This document shows, in pieces, positions 8,731-20,972 of a stretch of 64,000 nucleotides of DNA. The notes beneath the pieces were generated by a model. That model had not been told where the DNA came from. It ran no database searches and saw only the letters and a program-made list of their open reading frames with translations. Position 1 is the first letter of the stretch. Each line of letters starts with the position of its first letter. The stretch is from Desulfatiglandales bacterium (GTDB lineage Bacteria; Desulfobacterota; DSM-4660; Desulfatiglandales; Desulfatiglandaceae): NCBI GenBank assembly GCA_963662465.1, contig OY759599.1, positions 6,784,001 to 6,848,000 of the forward strand. The letters run 5' to 3'. A program made the translations under genes and the position numbers.

Positions 8731-9711
8731 ATGTCAACAAAAAACCAGAAACTAATGGATGATGTTCATTCGGTTATGCGGCTCGGGCATTATTCGATTC
8801 ACACGGAAAGATCCTATTGCGATTGGATTAAGCGTTTTATACTTTTCCATGGTATGAAATCTCGTAATGATCTTCAGGGCGCCGAAAGTAAGATCGAGCA
8901 ATTTTTGACCCATCTCGCTGTCAAAGGCAATGTTTCTCCTTCAACTCAGAATCAAGCCATGAACGCCCTTGTATTTTTGTATAAGAAGGTTCTCAAAGAG
9001 TCTCTTGATGGCAGGATTGATGCCGTTCGTGCGAAAAGAAAGCAAAACATTCCCGTGGTTCTCACCAAGGATGAGGTGGTTTCCGTGATCGCGCTCATGC
9101 AAGGAACACCGCAAGTCTTTGTGAAACTGCTTTATGGCAGCGGACTGAGGATGATGGAAGGCATACGGCTGCGCGTTCAAGATATTGAATATGACTTAAA
9201 GGAAATTACCGTGCGTTCGGGGAAAGGGAACAAGGACCGGATTACTACGTTTTCCGTTTCCCTGGCGCCCCTGTTGAAAAGCCATCTTATAAGGGTCAAG
9301 GCGATTCATGAGAAGGATCTTGCTGAGGGAAACGGCGCCGTTTATTTGCCCTACGCTCTGGAACGTAAATATCCCAATGCCGCCAGGGAATGGCAATGGC
9401 AATACGTTTTTCCGTCCGGCAATTTGTCGCGTGATCCCAGAAGCGGTCGGATCAGGCGCCATCATATTGATCCTTCCGTCATCAATAAGGCCATAAAGGT
9501 GGCAGCCAAAAAGGCGGATATTCATAAACGCGTATCCTCACACACATTCCGCCACAGTTTTGCAACTCACCTCTTGCAGCGCGGAACAGACATCCGTACG
9601 ATTCAGGCGCTTTTGGGTCATTCTGACGTTTCCACTACCATGATTTATACTCACGTCCTTCGGCAGGGAGGTCATGGTGTTGTAAGCCCCCTTGATGATC
9701 TTGATCTATGA
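8731..9711 (+). CDS. intI: Integron integrase, intact
   Basis: [21 protein letters not shown], IntI-specific patch [40 protein letters not shown]. Confidence 0.97.
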   Translation: MSTKNQKLMDDVHSVMRLGHYSIHTERSYCDWIKRFILFHGMKSRNDLQGAESKIEQFLTHLAVKGNVSPSTQNQAMNALVFLYKKVLKESLDGRIDAVRAKRKQNIPVVLTKDEVVSVIALMQGTPQVFVKLLYGSGLRMMEGIRLRVQDIEYDLKEITVRSGKGNKDRITTFSVSLAPLLKSHLIRVKAIHEKDLAEGNGAVYLPYALERKYPNAAREWQWQYVFPSGNLSRDPRSGRIRRHHIDPSVINKAIKVAAKKADIHKRVSSHTFRHSFATHLLQRGTDIRTIQALLGHSDVSTTMIYTHVLRQGGHGVVSPLDDLDL

Positions 9712-11526
9712 CCGCAGCATTCGGATTTCTTTCACCGACTCAAGGACCTCCCACCGTTTGTAGGCTTTTTCAAGCTCAATTTCAAGGGATTCAAGTTTCT
9801 CCTTTGATCCGGCGATTTCGGCGCTGTCTCTTTTGTAAAACGCAGGATCAGACAGGTGTTTGAAGATCTCCGTATGTTCCTGTTCCAGGGATTCAATGAG
9901 GGAAGGAATGCTTTCAAGCTCCAGGTTTTCCCGGTAGGTGAGTTTTTTTGGGGTTTCCGACTTTGGTTTGGGTTTTTTTTCGCCATTTTTTCTGGATCTG
10001 GATGGGGTCTGGATACTATCCTTTTTTCCCTGTTTCAGCCAATCGTCGTATCCGCCGATGTATTCCGTGACCCTGCCGTTTCCTTCAAAAACAAGGATGC
10101 TCGTGACCACGTTATTCAAGAATGCACGGTCATGACTGACCAGCAGTACGTTCCCTTGATAATTTAACAGCAGTTCTTCCAGCAACTCAAGGGTCTCGGC
10201 GTCCAGATCGTTGGTGGGTTCGTCCAGTACCAGAAGATTGGACGGTTTCATGAAGAGACGGGCCAGCAGAAGCCGGTTCTTTTCTCCCCCTGAAAGGGTT
10301 TTAACCGGACTTCGCATTTGGTCGGGCGTGAACAGAAATTCCTTGAGATAGCCCACGGCGTGTCGGCTTTTACCGTCGATGATGAGGAAGTCTCCTCCCC
10401 CCGTGACGTTTTCAATCACGGATTTTTCCGGATCAAGTTGTTCTCTTGTCTGGTCGAAATAGGCGCAGTTAACCCTGGCGCCCAGCCTGATATGGCCTTC
10501 AGAGGGCGCCAGCGTCTTCAGGAGAACGTGAATGAGGGTCGTCTTCCCACAGCCGTTTGGCCCCATCACGCCGACCTTATCGCCTCGCAGGATGGTGGTG
10601 GAAAACCCTTTAAGAATGGGGTGGTCATCATATTGGTAGGATACATTTTTCGCTTCCAGGACGAGTTTTCCGGGTCTGTCGGCTTCCTGTGCCGTCATTC
10701 GCACCCGTCCGGTTTGTTCGCGGCGTTTCCGTTTCTCCTCGCGCATCTTAATCAGCGCATTCACTCTTCCCTCGTCACGGGTTCGGCGAGCCTTAATCCC
10801 CTTTCGGATCCAGATCTCCTCTTTGGAAATTTTCTTGTCAAACTGACGGTCGTGTTCTTCCTCAGACTCGATAAGGGCTCTTTTTCTCTCAAGATAGGTC
10901 TTGAAATCACATGCCCAGGACGTGAGGCGCCCCCGGTCAATTTCAATGATCCGGGTGGCCAGTTTTTCCAGGAATACGCGGTCGTGACTGACAAAAAGGA
11001 GGGCCTTTCGATACTGAAGCAAAAAATTTTCCATTAATTCAATGGAAGGGATGTCCATGTGATTGGTGGGTTCATCCAGCAATAGCAGGTCAGGGCCTTC
11101 CGCAATGGTCTTTGCCAGAAGGACCCTGCGCTTCATGCCGGCTGAAAGCGTGCCGAATTCAGCGTCCGGCGTGAGGTTAAGCTGGGTGATGACTTTTTCG
11201 ACCTGGGCTTGAATTTCCCAGACGCTCTGTGACTCTTCCGTGAGAACGTTTTTTAGACCGGAAGAAACAACATCAATAATTTTCCCTTCGGTATGCGGCG
11301 GCACTTCCTGGGAAAGGGTTCCCATCAGCAGGCCGGGCTTCCGAAATATGTCTCCCGCGTCAGGCTTGATTTCATTGTTGATCAGGTTTATCAGCGTGCT
11401 TTTTCCCGCGCCATTTCGACCTACCAGACAGATGCGCTCACCCTGTTCGATTTGAAGATTGACGTTGTCAAGGACCAAAGGCCCGCCAAACGCCACACTG
11501 ATGTTTTGAAGGCTTAGTATTGCCAT
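9706..11526 (-). CDS. uup: ABC-F family ATPase (Uup-like)
   Basis: Two ABC domains ([28 protein letters not shown]) and a C-terminal coiled coil. Confidence 0.85.
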   Translation of the reverse strand: MAILSLQNISVAFGGPLVLDNVNLQIEQGERICLVGRNGAGKSTLINLINNEIKPDAGDIFRKPGLLMGTLSQEVPPHTEGKIIDVVSSGLKNVLTEESQSVWEIQAQVEKVITQLNLTPDAEFGTLSAGMKRRVLLAKTIAEGPDLLLLDEPTNHMDIPSIELMENFLLQYRKALLFVSHDRVFLEKLATRIIEIDRGRLTSWACDFKTYLERKRALIESEEEHDRQFDKKISKEEIWIRKGIKARRTRDEGRVNALIKMREEKRKRREQTGRVRMTAQEADRPGKLVLEAKNVSYQYDDHPILKGFSTTILRGDKVGVMGPNGCGKTTLIHVLLKTLAPSEGHIRLGARVNCAYFDQTREQLDPEKSVIENVTGGGDFLIIDGKSRHAVGYLKEFLFTPDQMRSPVKTLSGGEKNRLLLARLFMKPSNLLVLDEPTNDLDAETLELLEELLLNYQGNVLLVSHDRAFLNNVVTSILVFEGNGRVTEYIGGYDDWLKQGKKDSIQTPSRSRKNGEKKPKPKSETPKKLTYRENLELESIPSLIESLEQEHTEIFKHLSDPAFYKRDSAEIAGSKEKLESLEIELEKAYKRWEVLESVKEIRMLRS

Positions 11527-11590
11527 ACGATCATATCCAACCGAATTTGTTGTATTTGAATTCTTTTCATTCTATTTCACCGGCTAAATG

Positions 11591-12181
11591 TTAATTCTCC
11601 GGCATTCCAAAAATATAGCCCAAATCAATTTGAACTTCTTCGAATGGCGGGATCCTTACAGGCTTAAAATCATTGGGTTCCTTACATTCAACGGAAAATG
11701 CCACATGATACTTATCATTTGAAAGACTATAAGCAATTAACGTTTTATCTTCTGGGGAAATGACCCAATAATGCGGCGTCTTATGTCGCTGCAATAACAA
11801 AAAATGATGAAACAAATCTTTCCTTTCATGTCCTGGTGAAATAATTTCGCAGACCCAGTCCGGCGCCACTTCCATGATGCCTGTAGGCCGATTCGGCACA
11901 CGCTCTTTTCGCCAGCCCGCCAAATCATGACTGGGACATTGATGTTCATTATATCGAACACTGATCTCAGTCATTATCCACCAGCCTCCTGAGCCGCTTT
12001 TACGTTTGAAGCTTAAAACCTCATCTGATAAACTCGACTGAATCAATGCATGCTCGGAACGTGCCATGGCGCGCTTGACAATCTCGCCATCAATTAATTC
12101 AACACGCTCGTTTTCCGACAACATCAGATCATCAACGGTTTTTAATTTTTTTGCTTCCAAAGTGTTGACTCCGGTTCTCAC
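11591..12181 (-). CDS. Uma2 family endonuclease-like protein
   Basis: RVELIDGEIV, APDWVCEIISP, YWVISP. Confidence 0.85.
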   Translation of the reverse strand: MRTGVNTLEAKKLKTVDDLMLSENERVELIDGEIVKRAMARSEHALIQSSLSDEVLSFKRKSGSGGWWIMTEISVRYNEHQCPSHDLAGWRKERVPNRPTGIMEVAPDWVCEIISPGHERKDLFHHFLLLQRHKTPHYWVISPEDKTLIAYSLSNDKYHVAFSVECKEPNDFKPVRIPPFEEVQIDLGYIFGMPEN

Positions 12182-12230
12182 GGCCCGCGAATGTTTATTT
12201 AACTAATTGTAATCTTTAGCAATGCCTATC

Positions 12231-13520
12231 TTATTTCCAGGTCTCTTTCATGAAAAAGGTGCAAACGAGCGCCAAAAGTGATGAGATAAGCAGAATCAGA
12301 AGCAGGGCCGAATAGCCCTCAAGGGCGTATCCGGCATTTTCCGTTTTGGGATATGAATCCAGAACTTTACCCAGGAGGGGCATAAAGACGGCCCCTCCCA
12401 GAAATGGGAACAGGTTGACCATGCCCACCGAAGTGCCGGCGATTTCCACGGGAAACAATTCCTTGGTGGTGGTGAAACCGATCACCACGATGGCGGAGGC
12501 GCAAATGGCAAATATAAAGAAAAATGCGTATAATGCGGGTCTGGGAAGGCTTGCAGGGACCAGATATAGGCATAAAAGCAGGCTTGCAAGGATGGTGGTG
12601 CAGATCATAAATGGTTTTTTACGACTTTTGAGTACTTTATCCGACAAAAAACCCAAAAGGGGACTCCCGACAATCATGCCATAGGCGATCATGCTCAAGA
12701 TGGCGCCCGTTTCCGCCTGGCTCATGCCATAAACATGCATGAGATAGGGGCCGCCCCAGAGAGCGCCAAATCCAAAAAAAACGCCGCAGTCGAAAAAAAA
12801 CCAAATGGCCACCGGCCAGAAATATTTATGGGAAAGTACTCGCTTGGCGCCCTCAAGAAGCCCGATCTCAACGGGTTTTACATCCGATTGGGTTTCCATA
12901 TTTTCGATGGTGAGAATGGAGGGCCAGCCGCGATCCTCGGGACGATCTCTCACAACGAACCAAACGATTAACACCAGAAAGAGGGTGCAGCCGCCGATAA
13001 TGACAAAAGAGCTGCGCCATCCCATGCCTGCACTCATGAAGGCCAGAAGCCATGTGGCGGCCAGCGCGCCCACGCCGCCAACGGCGTTCAGGATGCCGGC
13101 CATGGAAGCGAATTCATTCGCGCGAAACCACTGACTCAGGATCTTCATGGTGGGGATGAACACCATGGAAACACCAAATCCCACCAGTATCCGACCGACA
13201 AAAGCGGTGTGGATATCCGGCGCCAGGCCAAAAACCACGCTTCCCGCGGAAGCCACCAGAAGGAAAACGGTAACCGTTTTTCGGGGGCCGATGGAGTCGG
13301 AGAGAAGGCCCGCCGGGAGCTGCATGGCGGCGTAGCAGTAAAAATAGATAGACCCCAAAAGACCCATGGCGCCGGCGGACATGTTGAAATCTTTTACAAT
13401 ATCGTCGGCCACCACGGAAAGGGAAAGGCGGTGAAAATAGACAAAAAAATATGCCAGGGCCAGAACCCAGAATATCAGCCACCGAAACCTTAACATTTTT
13501 TCAACCGAGTCCCTGACCAT
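12231..13520 (-). CDS. MFS transporter
   Basis: About 12 hydrophobic segments; GLLSDSIGPRK motif A. Confidence 0.9.
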   Translation of the reverse strand: MVRDSVEKMLRFRWLIFWVLALAYFFVYFHRLSLSVVADDIVKDFNMSAGAMGLLGSIYFYCYAAMQLPAGLLSDSIGPRKTVTVFLLVASAGSVVFGLAPDIHTAFVGRILVGFGVSMVFIPTMKILSQWFRANEFASMAGILNAVGGVGALAATWLLAFMSAGMGWRSSFVIIGGCTLFLVLIVWFVVRDRPEDRGWPSILTIENMETQSDVKPVEIGLLEGAKRVLSHKYFWPVAIWFFFDCGVFFGFGALWGGPYLMHVYGMSQAETGAILSMIAYGMIVGSPLLGFLSDKVLKSRKKPFMICTTILASLLLCLYLVPASLPRPALYAFFFIFAICASAIVVIGFTTTKELFPVEIAGTSVGMVNLFPFLGGAVFMPLLGKVLDSYPKTENAGYALEGYSALLLILLISSLLALVCTFFMKETWK

Positions 13521-13610
13521 GTGTATTTTCCTCTTTCCAATAACGTGGAAATTTTTCCGTGAAAGGTTGGTTTAGCGTCATGTGAAACGGGTGTTTTATT
13601 TAGACGCCAT

Positions 13611-14660
13611 TTATGGATTGGGTGAGAAAAGCACGCCTTGCCGGTTGTCGTCGGGCATCCTTTTTTCGGCGGTTTCCTGCGTTGCGGGTACGGCGTCCTT
13701 GAAGAAGTACTTGCTGAACATTCGGTTGAAATCCGTCCATGAACCTTCCTGTCGGTCCCGCTCCATAAAGCGTTCCAGGCCATTGATTTTGGCGTCCAGA
13801 TCATCCAGCAGATGAAGTGCAAAGGCTTCCAGGAATTTGGGCTCCTTGGGTGAACCAAAATTGTATTGACCATGGTGACTGAGGATCAAATGTCTCAGTC
13901 GCATGGCCAGATCATTGGGGAAATTTTTTAAAGACCTTAATTTTTCGTCCAGCATTGCCACGCCCAGAACAAGATGCCCAATCAGCCTGCCTTCATCCGT
14001 ATAATCAATTTTCAGCCCCTGGGAAAACTCCCGGGTTTTGCCCACGTCGTGAAGAAAGGCGGCGGTGATTAAGAGATCTTTATTGATGGATGGATAGTGG
14101 TCGGCTACCTGTGATGCCAGCCGGCACACTGACAGCGTATGCTCCAGTAGTCCGCCGATATAACCATGGTGAAAGTTTTTGGCCGCAGGCGCTTTTTTAA
14201 AAAGATCCATGAAATCTCGGTCTTTCCAAAATCGATCAATCAATGCTTTGAGGTGAATATCCGCAACCTGATTTAGAATCATTCTCAGGGATCGCATCAT
14301 TTCCGGGATGTCAAAGGGCGAGGTTTCCACGAAAATGTCAGGGTCCGGCATTTCAGCCAAAGGGTGAAGTTCAGAGACCGTCAACTGAACTTGACCCTGA
14401 TAAGTCACCGCTCGTCCATTGATTTCGACGACATCCCCTTCACGAAAAAGCGCCGATAAGGCGTCGGCCCCGTCCCAGACTTTTGCCGGCATTTCGCCTG
14501 TTTTGTCCGTCAACGTCAGACTCAAAAAAGGGTTTCCGTTGCGTGTGGTGGACAACCTTTTCGATTTGACCAGATAGCAGCCGGAAACCCTTGTTTCAGC
14601 TTCGATCTTTTCCACCCAGAGATGCCGATCGGGACGGAAATTTGCTGATGGTTCAGTCAT
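13611..14660 (-). CDS. OB-fold + HD domain 3'-5' exoribonuclease (YhaM-like)
   Basis: PAAKNFHHGYIGGLLEH, LHDVGK, ILSHHG; start MTEPS overlaps the fba stop. Confidence 0.85.
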   Translation of the reverse strand: MTEPSANFRPDRHLWVEKIEAETRVSGCYLVKSKRLSTTRNGNPFLSLTLTDKTGEMPAKVWDGADALSALFREGDVVEINGRAVTYQGQVQLTVSELHPLAEMPDPDIFVETSPFDIPEMMRSLRMILNQVADIHLKALIDRFWKDRDFMDLFKKAPAAKNFHHGYIGGLLEHTLSVCRLASQVADHYPSINKDLLITAAFLHDVGKTREFSQGLKIDYTDEGRLIGHLVLGVAMLDEKLRSLKNFPNDLAMRLRHLILSHHGQYNFGSPKEPKFLEAFALHLLDDLDAKINGLERFMERDRQEGSWTDFNRMFSKYFFKDAVPATQETAEKRMPDDNRQGVLFSPNP

Positions 14661-15948
14661 CAAATTCTCCTGCGGGGCCCTTATCCGAATCCAGTGTTGC
14701 GCTCCGTTTTCGAATTTTGTCTTCGGTCCACTGGGTTGGGTCCTCAATGCGAGCGCCTTTTGGTCCCATGTCATAAGATCCGGCCGCCAAAATCGCTTCC
14801 AGGGCCAGAGGGGCGGTATCCTGAGCATTGAACACCCGGGTTAACAGATGATAAACGAAATCCTCCACCCCTTTGGCCATTCGTTTTCGTATTTCAATGG
14901 GTTGCGCCAGTAATTTATTTTCAAAGGGCAGATTGAGTTTTTTATAGTTGCCGCCTTTAATTTCCCGTTCCTTGGCATAACCGACCATTTCCCGCCACAT
15001 GGCATCCGACATGCCCGCATCCGGCATTTTGATAAATTCGCCATTTTCATCCAGCATGGCATTTCCGAAATCATTGACCTTCACGCCCCATGAAATCATC
15101 TGCAGTGCTGTTGCCACATTGGCTTTGGTGGTGTGGGTATTTTGGGCAATATCCCTTAAGCGGTCGGAACTGTTGCCGGAAGTTCCGTGCTGAGCGCCGG
15201 ATATGTTGTATCGGGCCAGTGCCTGGTGGATTTCCAAAGTCAACGGCACCTGTATCCCCTCATCGCTCTGTTCGATGCCATGGGTGGTGCCGTTGTTGAG
15301 GGCGATCCAGTCGGGAAAAATATCGTGTGCATTCAACCCTTGAATCAGAAACAGGGCTTCGGCCGGGGTTGAGAGGCCCAGTTTTCCTTTGATCTCACCA
15401 ATTTCCGTTTCATAACCGGCCCATTTGGGCAGATATGAATTCAGGGCGAGATTGGCCAGAAGGTTATCCTCATCCGGCATATGGGACGCATCAATGGCAA
15501 TGGAGGTCATGCCCGCTTCAAACATTGTGGGGATTTCGATTCTGGCTGATGCCACGTCCTTGTCGCTTTTGATGCCGTAATGATCCGCATGAATGGCGAC
15601 GGGAACGGTGATGCTCAGTTCGTTCATGACGGCATCCGCCTGCCGGGCGAGGTTCCAGTAATTGACGGGACAGTAGGCATTGCCTCCGCCCTCGGATTTG
15701 GCGATTTCCAGAATAATGGCGGCATTGGCCCGTTGGGCTGCGCTTAATGCGCCGCGAATGACAAAGTGGTTTCGCCCGTTTGCCGCAATGGTCATGGCCT
15801 TGCCCTTTTTCATCAAGGCGCGATCAATGACCTTGCCGCTGACAATTAATGCCCTGGAATTGGGAAACAGTTGGACAATGTTGGGGGGACGACCGATTTT
15901 AAGTGCGTTTTCAAATTCTTCGGATACAGCTCCTTTTTTGAAAGACAT
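14653..15948 (-). CDS. fba: Class II fructose-bisphosphate aldolase
   Basis: IHADH, IDASH, ETEIGEI, NGTTHG, QHGTSG, KANVAT. Confidence 0.85.
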   Translation of the reverse strand: MSFKKGAVSEEFENALKIGRPPNIVQLFPNSRALIVSGKVIDRALMKKGKAMTIAANGRNHFVIRGALSAAQRANAAIILEIAKSEGGGNAYCPVNYWNLARQADAVMNELSITVPVAIHADHYGIKSDKDVASARIEIPTMFEAGMTSIAIDASHMPDEDNLLANLALNSYLPKWAGYETEIGEIKGKLGLSTPAEALFLIQGLNAHDIFPDWIALNNGTTHGIEQSDEGIQVPLTLEIHQALARYNISGAQHGTSGNSSDRLRDIAQNTHTTKANVATALQMISWGVKVNDFGNAMLDENGEFIKMPDAGMSDAMWREMVGYAKEREIKGGNYKKLNLPFENKLLAQPIEIRKRMAKGVEDFVYHLLTRVFNAQDTAPLALEAILAAGSYDMGPKGARIEDPTQWTEDKIRKRSATLDSDKGPAGEFDD

Positions 15949-16121
15949 GGGAAACCTCCTTTATATTTTCAGCCGAAAGACAGATAAACCTAAAAGTTGG
16001 CAAGCACTAACGTCCATATAAACATCAAAAGATGTTAATTCAGTAATATTCTACAATTTAAAAACCAAATCAACAAAATAACCTGCCGGAAGTCGAAAAA
16101 TCGATTTGGCTTATTCGCGAA

Positions 16122-17537
16122 TTATGTGTTATTTTGCATTTTTTCAAGGCTTTGGGTTTCTTTAAGGATTTTTTCTTGAAGGGCGTTATTTCCGGAAGCC
16201 ATGCGTTTGGCTTTTTCGAAGTGGAACATGGCTTTTTGGAATCTACCGGTATTTTTAAAAAAAATGCCAAAGTTGTAATGGGCAAGGGGCAGGTTGTTTT
16301 CCCTGCCGTAACAAATGCCCAAATGGTAATAAACCTCATTTTTGACGGGCTTGAGATAAGACAGCTTTTCAAATATGCGAAGGGCTTTTTCGATTTTGTT
16401 TTGTTCTTCGTAAAGCGTGCCCATTAAAAAAAGCGCTGCTTTGTCCCCATGATCCAGGTCAAGCGCCGTTTCCAGAATCTGCATGGCTTTTTTGGTTTGC
16501 CCGTCCATTAAATAGGCTTCCCCCAGGGTTCTCAGGATGGGGGGGAATTCGGGTTGTTCCGTGCGGGCCTTTTTGAGGGCGCTGATGGCCTCGGGATATT
16601 TTGATTCTCTCATGAAAACAATCCCCAGTCCCAGTTGCGGCAACCATGCCTGGGGATTTTTTTCCAAAACATTTTGAAAATGTTTTTGTGCTTCATCGGG
16701 ATCTTTACAGATGGCCATGACAATGGTCTGGAATGCAGGAAAAAGTGCCGTCAGGTAAACAGCCTCTTTGCTTAAAACCGCCCGTTGGTCATTGCTGGAC
16801 AGCGATTCAAGATTGCTCATTCGCTCGGGGCCCGTGGGATGGGTCAACAGATATGCCGGCGTTTTTCCACTCCCCTGCCAGCTGCCCTTCTGGATTTTTT
16901 GAAGGGCGCTGATCATTGCTTTTGAATCAAAGGTGGACGGTTTGATATATTTATAACTCAACTGGTCCGCCTGACGTTCATCCTCCCGGCTGTAGTGATA
17001 CTGGGCCTGCAGCCCGGCGGCCATGGCGCCGGTGATCAACGCGGCTGCCGCCGGCCCTCCGACCAATATGCCCGCCAGGATGCCCGCCATGGTGCCGATC
17101 CCGATATTTTTGCTTTGATCGATCCGTTTTGACAGGTGTCTGGCGGCAATATGCCCGATTTCATGGCACATGACCGCCGCTAGTTCATCGACCCGGTCCA
17201 TGGCCTCAATGAGACCCGCATAGAAAAAAATGTGCCCGCCGGGACCGGCAAATGCATTGAGGGTGTTGTCGCTGATGATGTAGAACTGAAAAGGGAATGG
17301 CTTCGTTTCAAGGGGTACGAGCAGATAGTGTCCCAGATCATTGATGTATTTTGAGGCGAACGGATCCGAGACCAGTTCATACTGGCCGCTGATCTGAAGA
17401 AAAAAGGCCTGGCCCATGTTCCATTCGTCCTCTATTGAGAGGGCATGGGCTTTCGACTTGAAGGGAAGGGGAGTACTGCACAGTAAAACAGCGATCAAGA
17501 CCGAAATGGTTCGCCTTAAACGTAAATGGGCTTTCAT
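16122..17537 (-). CDS. M48 family metalloprotease with TPR repeats (BepA-like)
   Basis: NAFA, HEIGH, YSREDERQAD, YLLTHP and TPRs. Confidence 0.88.
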   Translation of the reverse strand: MKAHLRLRRTISVLIAVLLCSTPLPFKSKAHALSIEDEWNMGQAFFLQISGQYELVSDPFASKYINDLGHYLLVPLETKPFPFQFYIISDNTLNAFAGPGGHIFFYAGLIEAMDRVDELAAVMCHEIGHIAARHLSKRIDQSKNIGIGTMAGILAGILVGGPAAAALITGAMAAGLQAQYHYSREDERQADQLSYKYIKPSTFDSKAMISALQKIQKGSWQGSGKTPAYLLTHPTGPERMSNLESLSSNDQRAVLSKEAVYLTALFPAFQTIVMAICKDPDEAQKHFQNVLEKNPQAWLPQLGLGIVFMRESKYPEAISALKKARTEQPEFPPILRTLGEAYLMDGQTKKAMQILETALDLDHGDKAALFLMGTLYEEQNKIEKALRIFEKLSYLKPVKNEVYYHLGICYGRENNLPLAHYNFGIFFKNTGRFQKAMFHFEKAKRMASGNNALQEKILKETQSLEKMQNNT

Positions 17538-17557
17538 TTTTAACCTCCCCCCTGGTT

Positions 17558-17902
17558 TTATGTTTCGAAGGTTACCTCCGGGGCCTCGACCCAGAGCCCT
17601 TCCAGGTCGTAGAACTCCCTGATAGGTTGATAGAAAATATGGACGACCACTTCTCCATAATCCAAAAGAACCCACTGCCCGTCCTGTTCGCCTTCAATGC
17701 CGTAGAGCGGTGCATCTTTTTCCTTTAATGTTCTTCTCAGACGCCGGGCAATGGCCTGTACCTGCCTTGTGGAAGTTCCGCCTGCTATCAAAAAATAGTC
17801 CGCAACGGATGTCAAATTTTCTACGTGCAGGAGAACGGGATCAACAGCTTTTCTTTCCAGAATGGTCGCAAGGCATAATTTCGCTTTTTCGATGGAAGTC
17901 AT
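17558..17902 (-). CDS. rsfS: Ribosome silencing factor
   Basis: DYFLIA, WVLLDYGEVVVHIF, FYDLEGLW. Confidence 0.93.
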   Translation of the reverse strand: MTSIEKAKLCLATILERKAVDPVLLHVENLTSVADYFLIAGGTSTRQVQAIARRLRRTLKEKDAPLYGIEGEQDGQWVLLDYGEVVVHIFYQPIREFYDLEGLWVEAPEVTFET

Positions 17903-18545
17903 CACTTCGATACAATCCTCTTTCAATAATATAGTCCCTGACGGTTTCAGGGACAAGGAAATGGATGGATTTATCCTCTTTTACCATGTTGCGAATATTT
18001 GTCGAGGATATTTCCATTCGGGTCGCCGTCATAAGGATAATCTTCCTGCCGGACGGGGCCTCAAAAAGAGTTGTGGTTTCTTTTTTCGACTTTTCGACGC
18101 CCAGGTCTTTAAAAATGGTCTGTAGTCCATGGTTTCGGAAACCTGGCCGGGAAAGAACAACAAAATGGGCATAGTCAAAGAGGCGTTTATAATCCCGCCA
18201 GGTCCTGATTTCCAGGAAAGCGTCCATGCCTAGAATAAAAAAAAGATCCGGGCTGGGACCGAAAATCCTGTGGAGTTCCAGCAGGGTTTCGATGGAATAG
18301 GAAAACCCGGGTCTTTTCCCCTCCAGGTCCATGGTTTCAAGCAGGTTTGAAGCATTCGTTCCCAACCGGGTCATGGCCAGGCGGTGGTGAAAGGGCGTCA
18401 CCGGCGTTGCGGTTTTATGAGGGGGCAGGGCAGAGGGGATCAAATAGACCTTTAGAAGCCCCAGATGCTGACAGATTTCTTCCGCTGAACGCAGATGCCC
18501 CAGATGAATTGGGTCAAAAGTGCCGCCCAGGATGCCCAGTTTCAA
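17841..18545 (-). CDS. nadD: Nicotinate-nucleotide adenylyltransferase
   Basis: GILGGTFDPIHLGH, ISSTNIR; TTG start after AGGAG. Confidence 0.95.
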   Translation of the reverse strand: MKLGILGGTFDPIHLGHLRSAEEICQHLGLLKVYLIPSALPPHKTATPVTPFHHRLAMTRLGTNASNLLETMDLEGKRPGFSYSIETLLELHRIFGPSPDLFFILGMDAFLEIRTWRDYKRLFDYAHFVVLSRPGFRNHGLQTIFKDLGVEKSKKETTTLFEAPSGRKIILMTATRMEISSTNIRNMVKEDKSIHFLVPETVRDYIIERGLYRSDDFHRKSEIMPCDHSGKKSC

Positions 18546-18555
18546 AAAAATACTC

Positions 18556-19812
18556 CTAGTTTCTGATTTGTCCCTGCCCGTAAACCACAAACTTGGTGGT
18601 GGTCAGTTCCTCCAGCCCCATGGGGCCGAAAGCATGGAGTTTGGAGGTGTTGATGCCGATCTCCGCCCCAAGACCCAACTGGTTGCCGTCGTTAAACCGC
18701 GTGGATGCATTCACCAGTACCACGGAAGAATCTACCTGCGTCAGGAAGCGCTGTGACCGTTCGTAATCATTGGTGACAATGGCTTCCGTATGTTGAGACC
18801 CATAGGCATCGATATGGTCCAGGGCCTCATCCATACTGCCGACGATTTTAACCGCCAGTACCAGGTCCAGGAATTCCGCGGGCCAATCCGATTCATCCGC
18901 GGGCGTTGCAGTGGGAATCAACGCCAGGGTTCTGGGACACCCCCTGATTTCAACACCGGCTTTCTGAAATTGTTTTGCCATTTCGGGAAGAAAGCCGGCA
19001 GCCGCATCCTCATGCACCAACAGGGTTTCCATGGCATTGCAGACGCCGGGTCGCTGGACTTTTGAATTAAAGCAGATATCTTTTGCCATTTCTATGGAAG
19101 CGGATTGATCCACGTATACGTGGCAAACGCCCTTGTAGTGTTTCAACACCGGAACCCGTGAGTGTTCCGTCACAAAACGGATCAACCCTTCTCCACCCCT
19201 GGGAATGATGACGTCAAGGTAATCATCCAGGCTGATCAGCGCATTGACGGAAGCCCTTTCGGTGCTGGGAACCACCTGAACGGCCTTTTCGGGAATGCCT
19301 GCTTCATGAAGGGCCTCCGCCATCAGTTTTCCTAAGATCAGGTTGGAATGGATGGCCTCGGAACCCCCTTTGAGGATGACGGCATTGCCTGCTTTAAGGC
19401 ATAATGCCCCCGCATCAACGGTCACATTGGGGCGGGATTCAAAGATGAAACCGATAACGCCCAAAGGGATTCGGACGCGCCCTACCAGCAGGCCGTTAGG
19501 TCGTTTCCTCATGCCCGTCACTTCTCCCACGGGATCGGGCAGCGCCGCAACTTCCCTGAGTCCGTCCGCCATGGAGGCGATAACCGCTTCATTTAAGGTC
19601 AGACGATCCAGCATGGCCGAAGAAAGACCTGCTTCCCTGGCGGCCGATAGATCTTTCCGGTTTTCGGCGATAATGGATTCCTTATGTTCCAAAAGCTTTT
19701 CGGCCATTCTCAGAAGGGCATCATCTTTTTGTGCGCTTCCCAGGCTTCGTAAACCCCTTGACGCCGTTTTGGCATCTTTGGCCATGGTCTCGATCAAATT
19801 TTCAAGCGACAT
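18556..19812 (-). CDS. proA: Glutamate-5-semialdehyde dehydrogenase
   Basis: [39 protein letters not shown]. Confidence 0.97.
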   Translation of the reverse strand: MSLENLIETMAKDAKTASRGLRSLGSAQKDDALLRMAEKLLEHKESIIAENRKDLSAAREAGLSSAMLDRLTLNEAVIASMADGLREVAALPDPVGEVTGMRKRPNGLLVGRVRIPLGVIGFIFESRPNVTVDAGALCLKAGNAVILKGGSEAIHSNLILGKLMAEALHEAGIPEKAVQVVPSTERASVNALISLDDYLDVIIPRGGEGLIRFVTEHSRVPVLKHYKGVCHVYVDQSASIEMAKDICFNSKVQRPGVCNAMETLLVHEDAAAGFLPEMAKQFQKAGVEIRGCPRTLALIPTATPADESDWPAEFLDLVLAVKIVGSMDEALDHIDAYGSQHTEAIVTNDYERSQRFLTQVDSSVVLVNASTRFNDGNQLGLGAEIGINTSKLHAFGPMGLEELTTTKFVVYGQGQIRN

Positions 19813-20972
19813 GCCTCATCTCCTTCATCTAAGTGCGCTGTCAGCACAAGATTATTTCGATGGATGACTTCGTCATCATGTTTAAACCCTAAAATAGATT
19901 CGATTTCAGCGCTCTTTGCCCCCATGATTTTTTTGATGTTTCCGGAGTGGTAGCTGACCATGCCCACTGCCACCGGTTGACCATCTTCATTGATCAGCAA
20001 TACCGAGTTGCCCAGACTGAATTGGCCCCGCACCTCTTTGATGCCCGATGGCAGCAGGCTTTTTCCATTTTCAAGAATGGCTTTCTCGGCCCCCCGATCG
20101 ATGATGATTTCCCCTTTTGGAGTCTTGGTAAAGGCAATCCAGTGTTTTCGGCTGCACAGGGAAACCGGTTCCGGCAAAAACAGGGTGCCTTCCGGCCGGC
20201 CCGCGAAGAGACGTCCAATAATGCCGGGTTTTAAGCCATTGGCAATGATGGTGGGTACGCCGGCAAGGGCTACTTTTTTAGCGGCTCTGATTTTACTTCC
20301 CATGCCGCCTCTTCCCAGGAATCCGGGTATGGCGCCGGCAAATTGCGTTATTTTTCGATTGACCTTTTCCACCACCTGTATAAGTGCGGCGTCGTCGTGA
20401 TCTCTTGGGTCTTTGTCAAACAGGCCGTCGATATTGGTCAGGTTGATCAGGAAATCGGATTCGGACAGGTTTGTCACCATGGCGCTGAGGTTATCATTAT
20501 CGCCGAATTTGATTTCATCCACAACGACGGTGTCGTTTTCATTGATAATGGGAATAATGTTCCAGGAAAGAAGCGTAAAGATCGTATTTCGTGCATTCAG
20601 GTAGCGGCGACGGTGGGTTAAATCATCACGGGTTAACAGGACCTGGCCTATTTGGTAACCGTGTCGCTCAAAGGCATTTTCCCAAGACCTGATCAGTTCC
20701 CCCTGGCCTACCGCGGCGGTTGCCTGTTGTTCGGATACCGAGCGGGGTCGATGGGTCAATTTCAATTTTCGGATGCCTGCCGCGATGGCGCCGGAGGAGA
20801 CCAGAATGATCTCCTTTCCGGATTTTTTAAGTGTGCTCATGTCGGCTGTCAGATGATCCATGACGGGTCTGTTGAGACCATCGGATGCCGTCAAGACCCC
20901 GCTTCCGATTTTGATGACAACTCTTTTTACCGATTTCAACAAGTCTTTTCTGGAAATGGTGTTTTCCGTCAT
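19794..20972 (-). CDS. proB: Glutamate 5-kinase
   Basis: [25 protein letters not shown] domain. Confidence 0.97.
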   Translation of the reverse strand: MTENTISRKDLLKSVKRVVIKIGSGVLTASDGLNRPVMDHLTADMSTLKKSGKEIILVSSGAIAAGIRKLKLTHRPRSVSEQQATAAVGQGELIRSWENAFERHGYQIGQVLLTRDDLTHRRRYLNARNTIFTLLSWNIIPIINENDTVVVDEIKFGDNDNLSAMVTNLSESDFLINLTNIDGLFDKDPRDHDDAALIQVVEKVNRKITQFAGAIPGFLGRGGMGSKIRAAKKVALAGVPTIIANGLKPGIIGRLFAGRPEGTLFLPEPVSLCSRKHWIAFTKTPKGEIIIDRGAEKAILENGKSLLPSGIKEVRGQFSLGNSVLLINEDGQPVAVGMVSYHSGNIKKIMGAKSAEIESILGFKHDDEVIHRNNLVLTAHLDEGDEACRLKI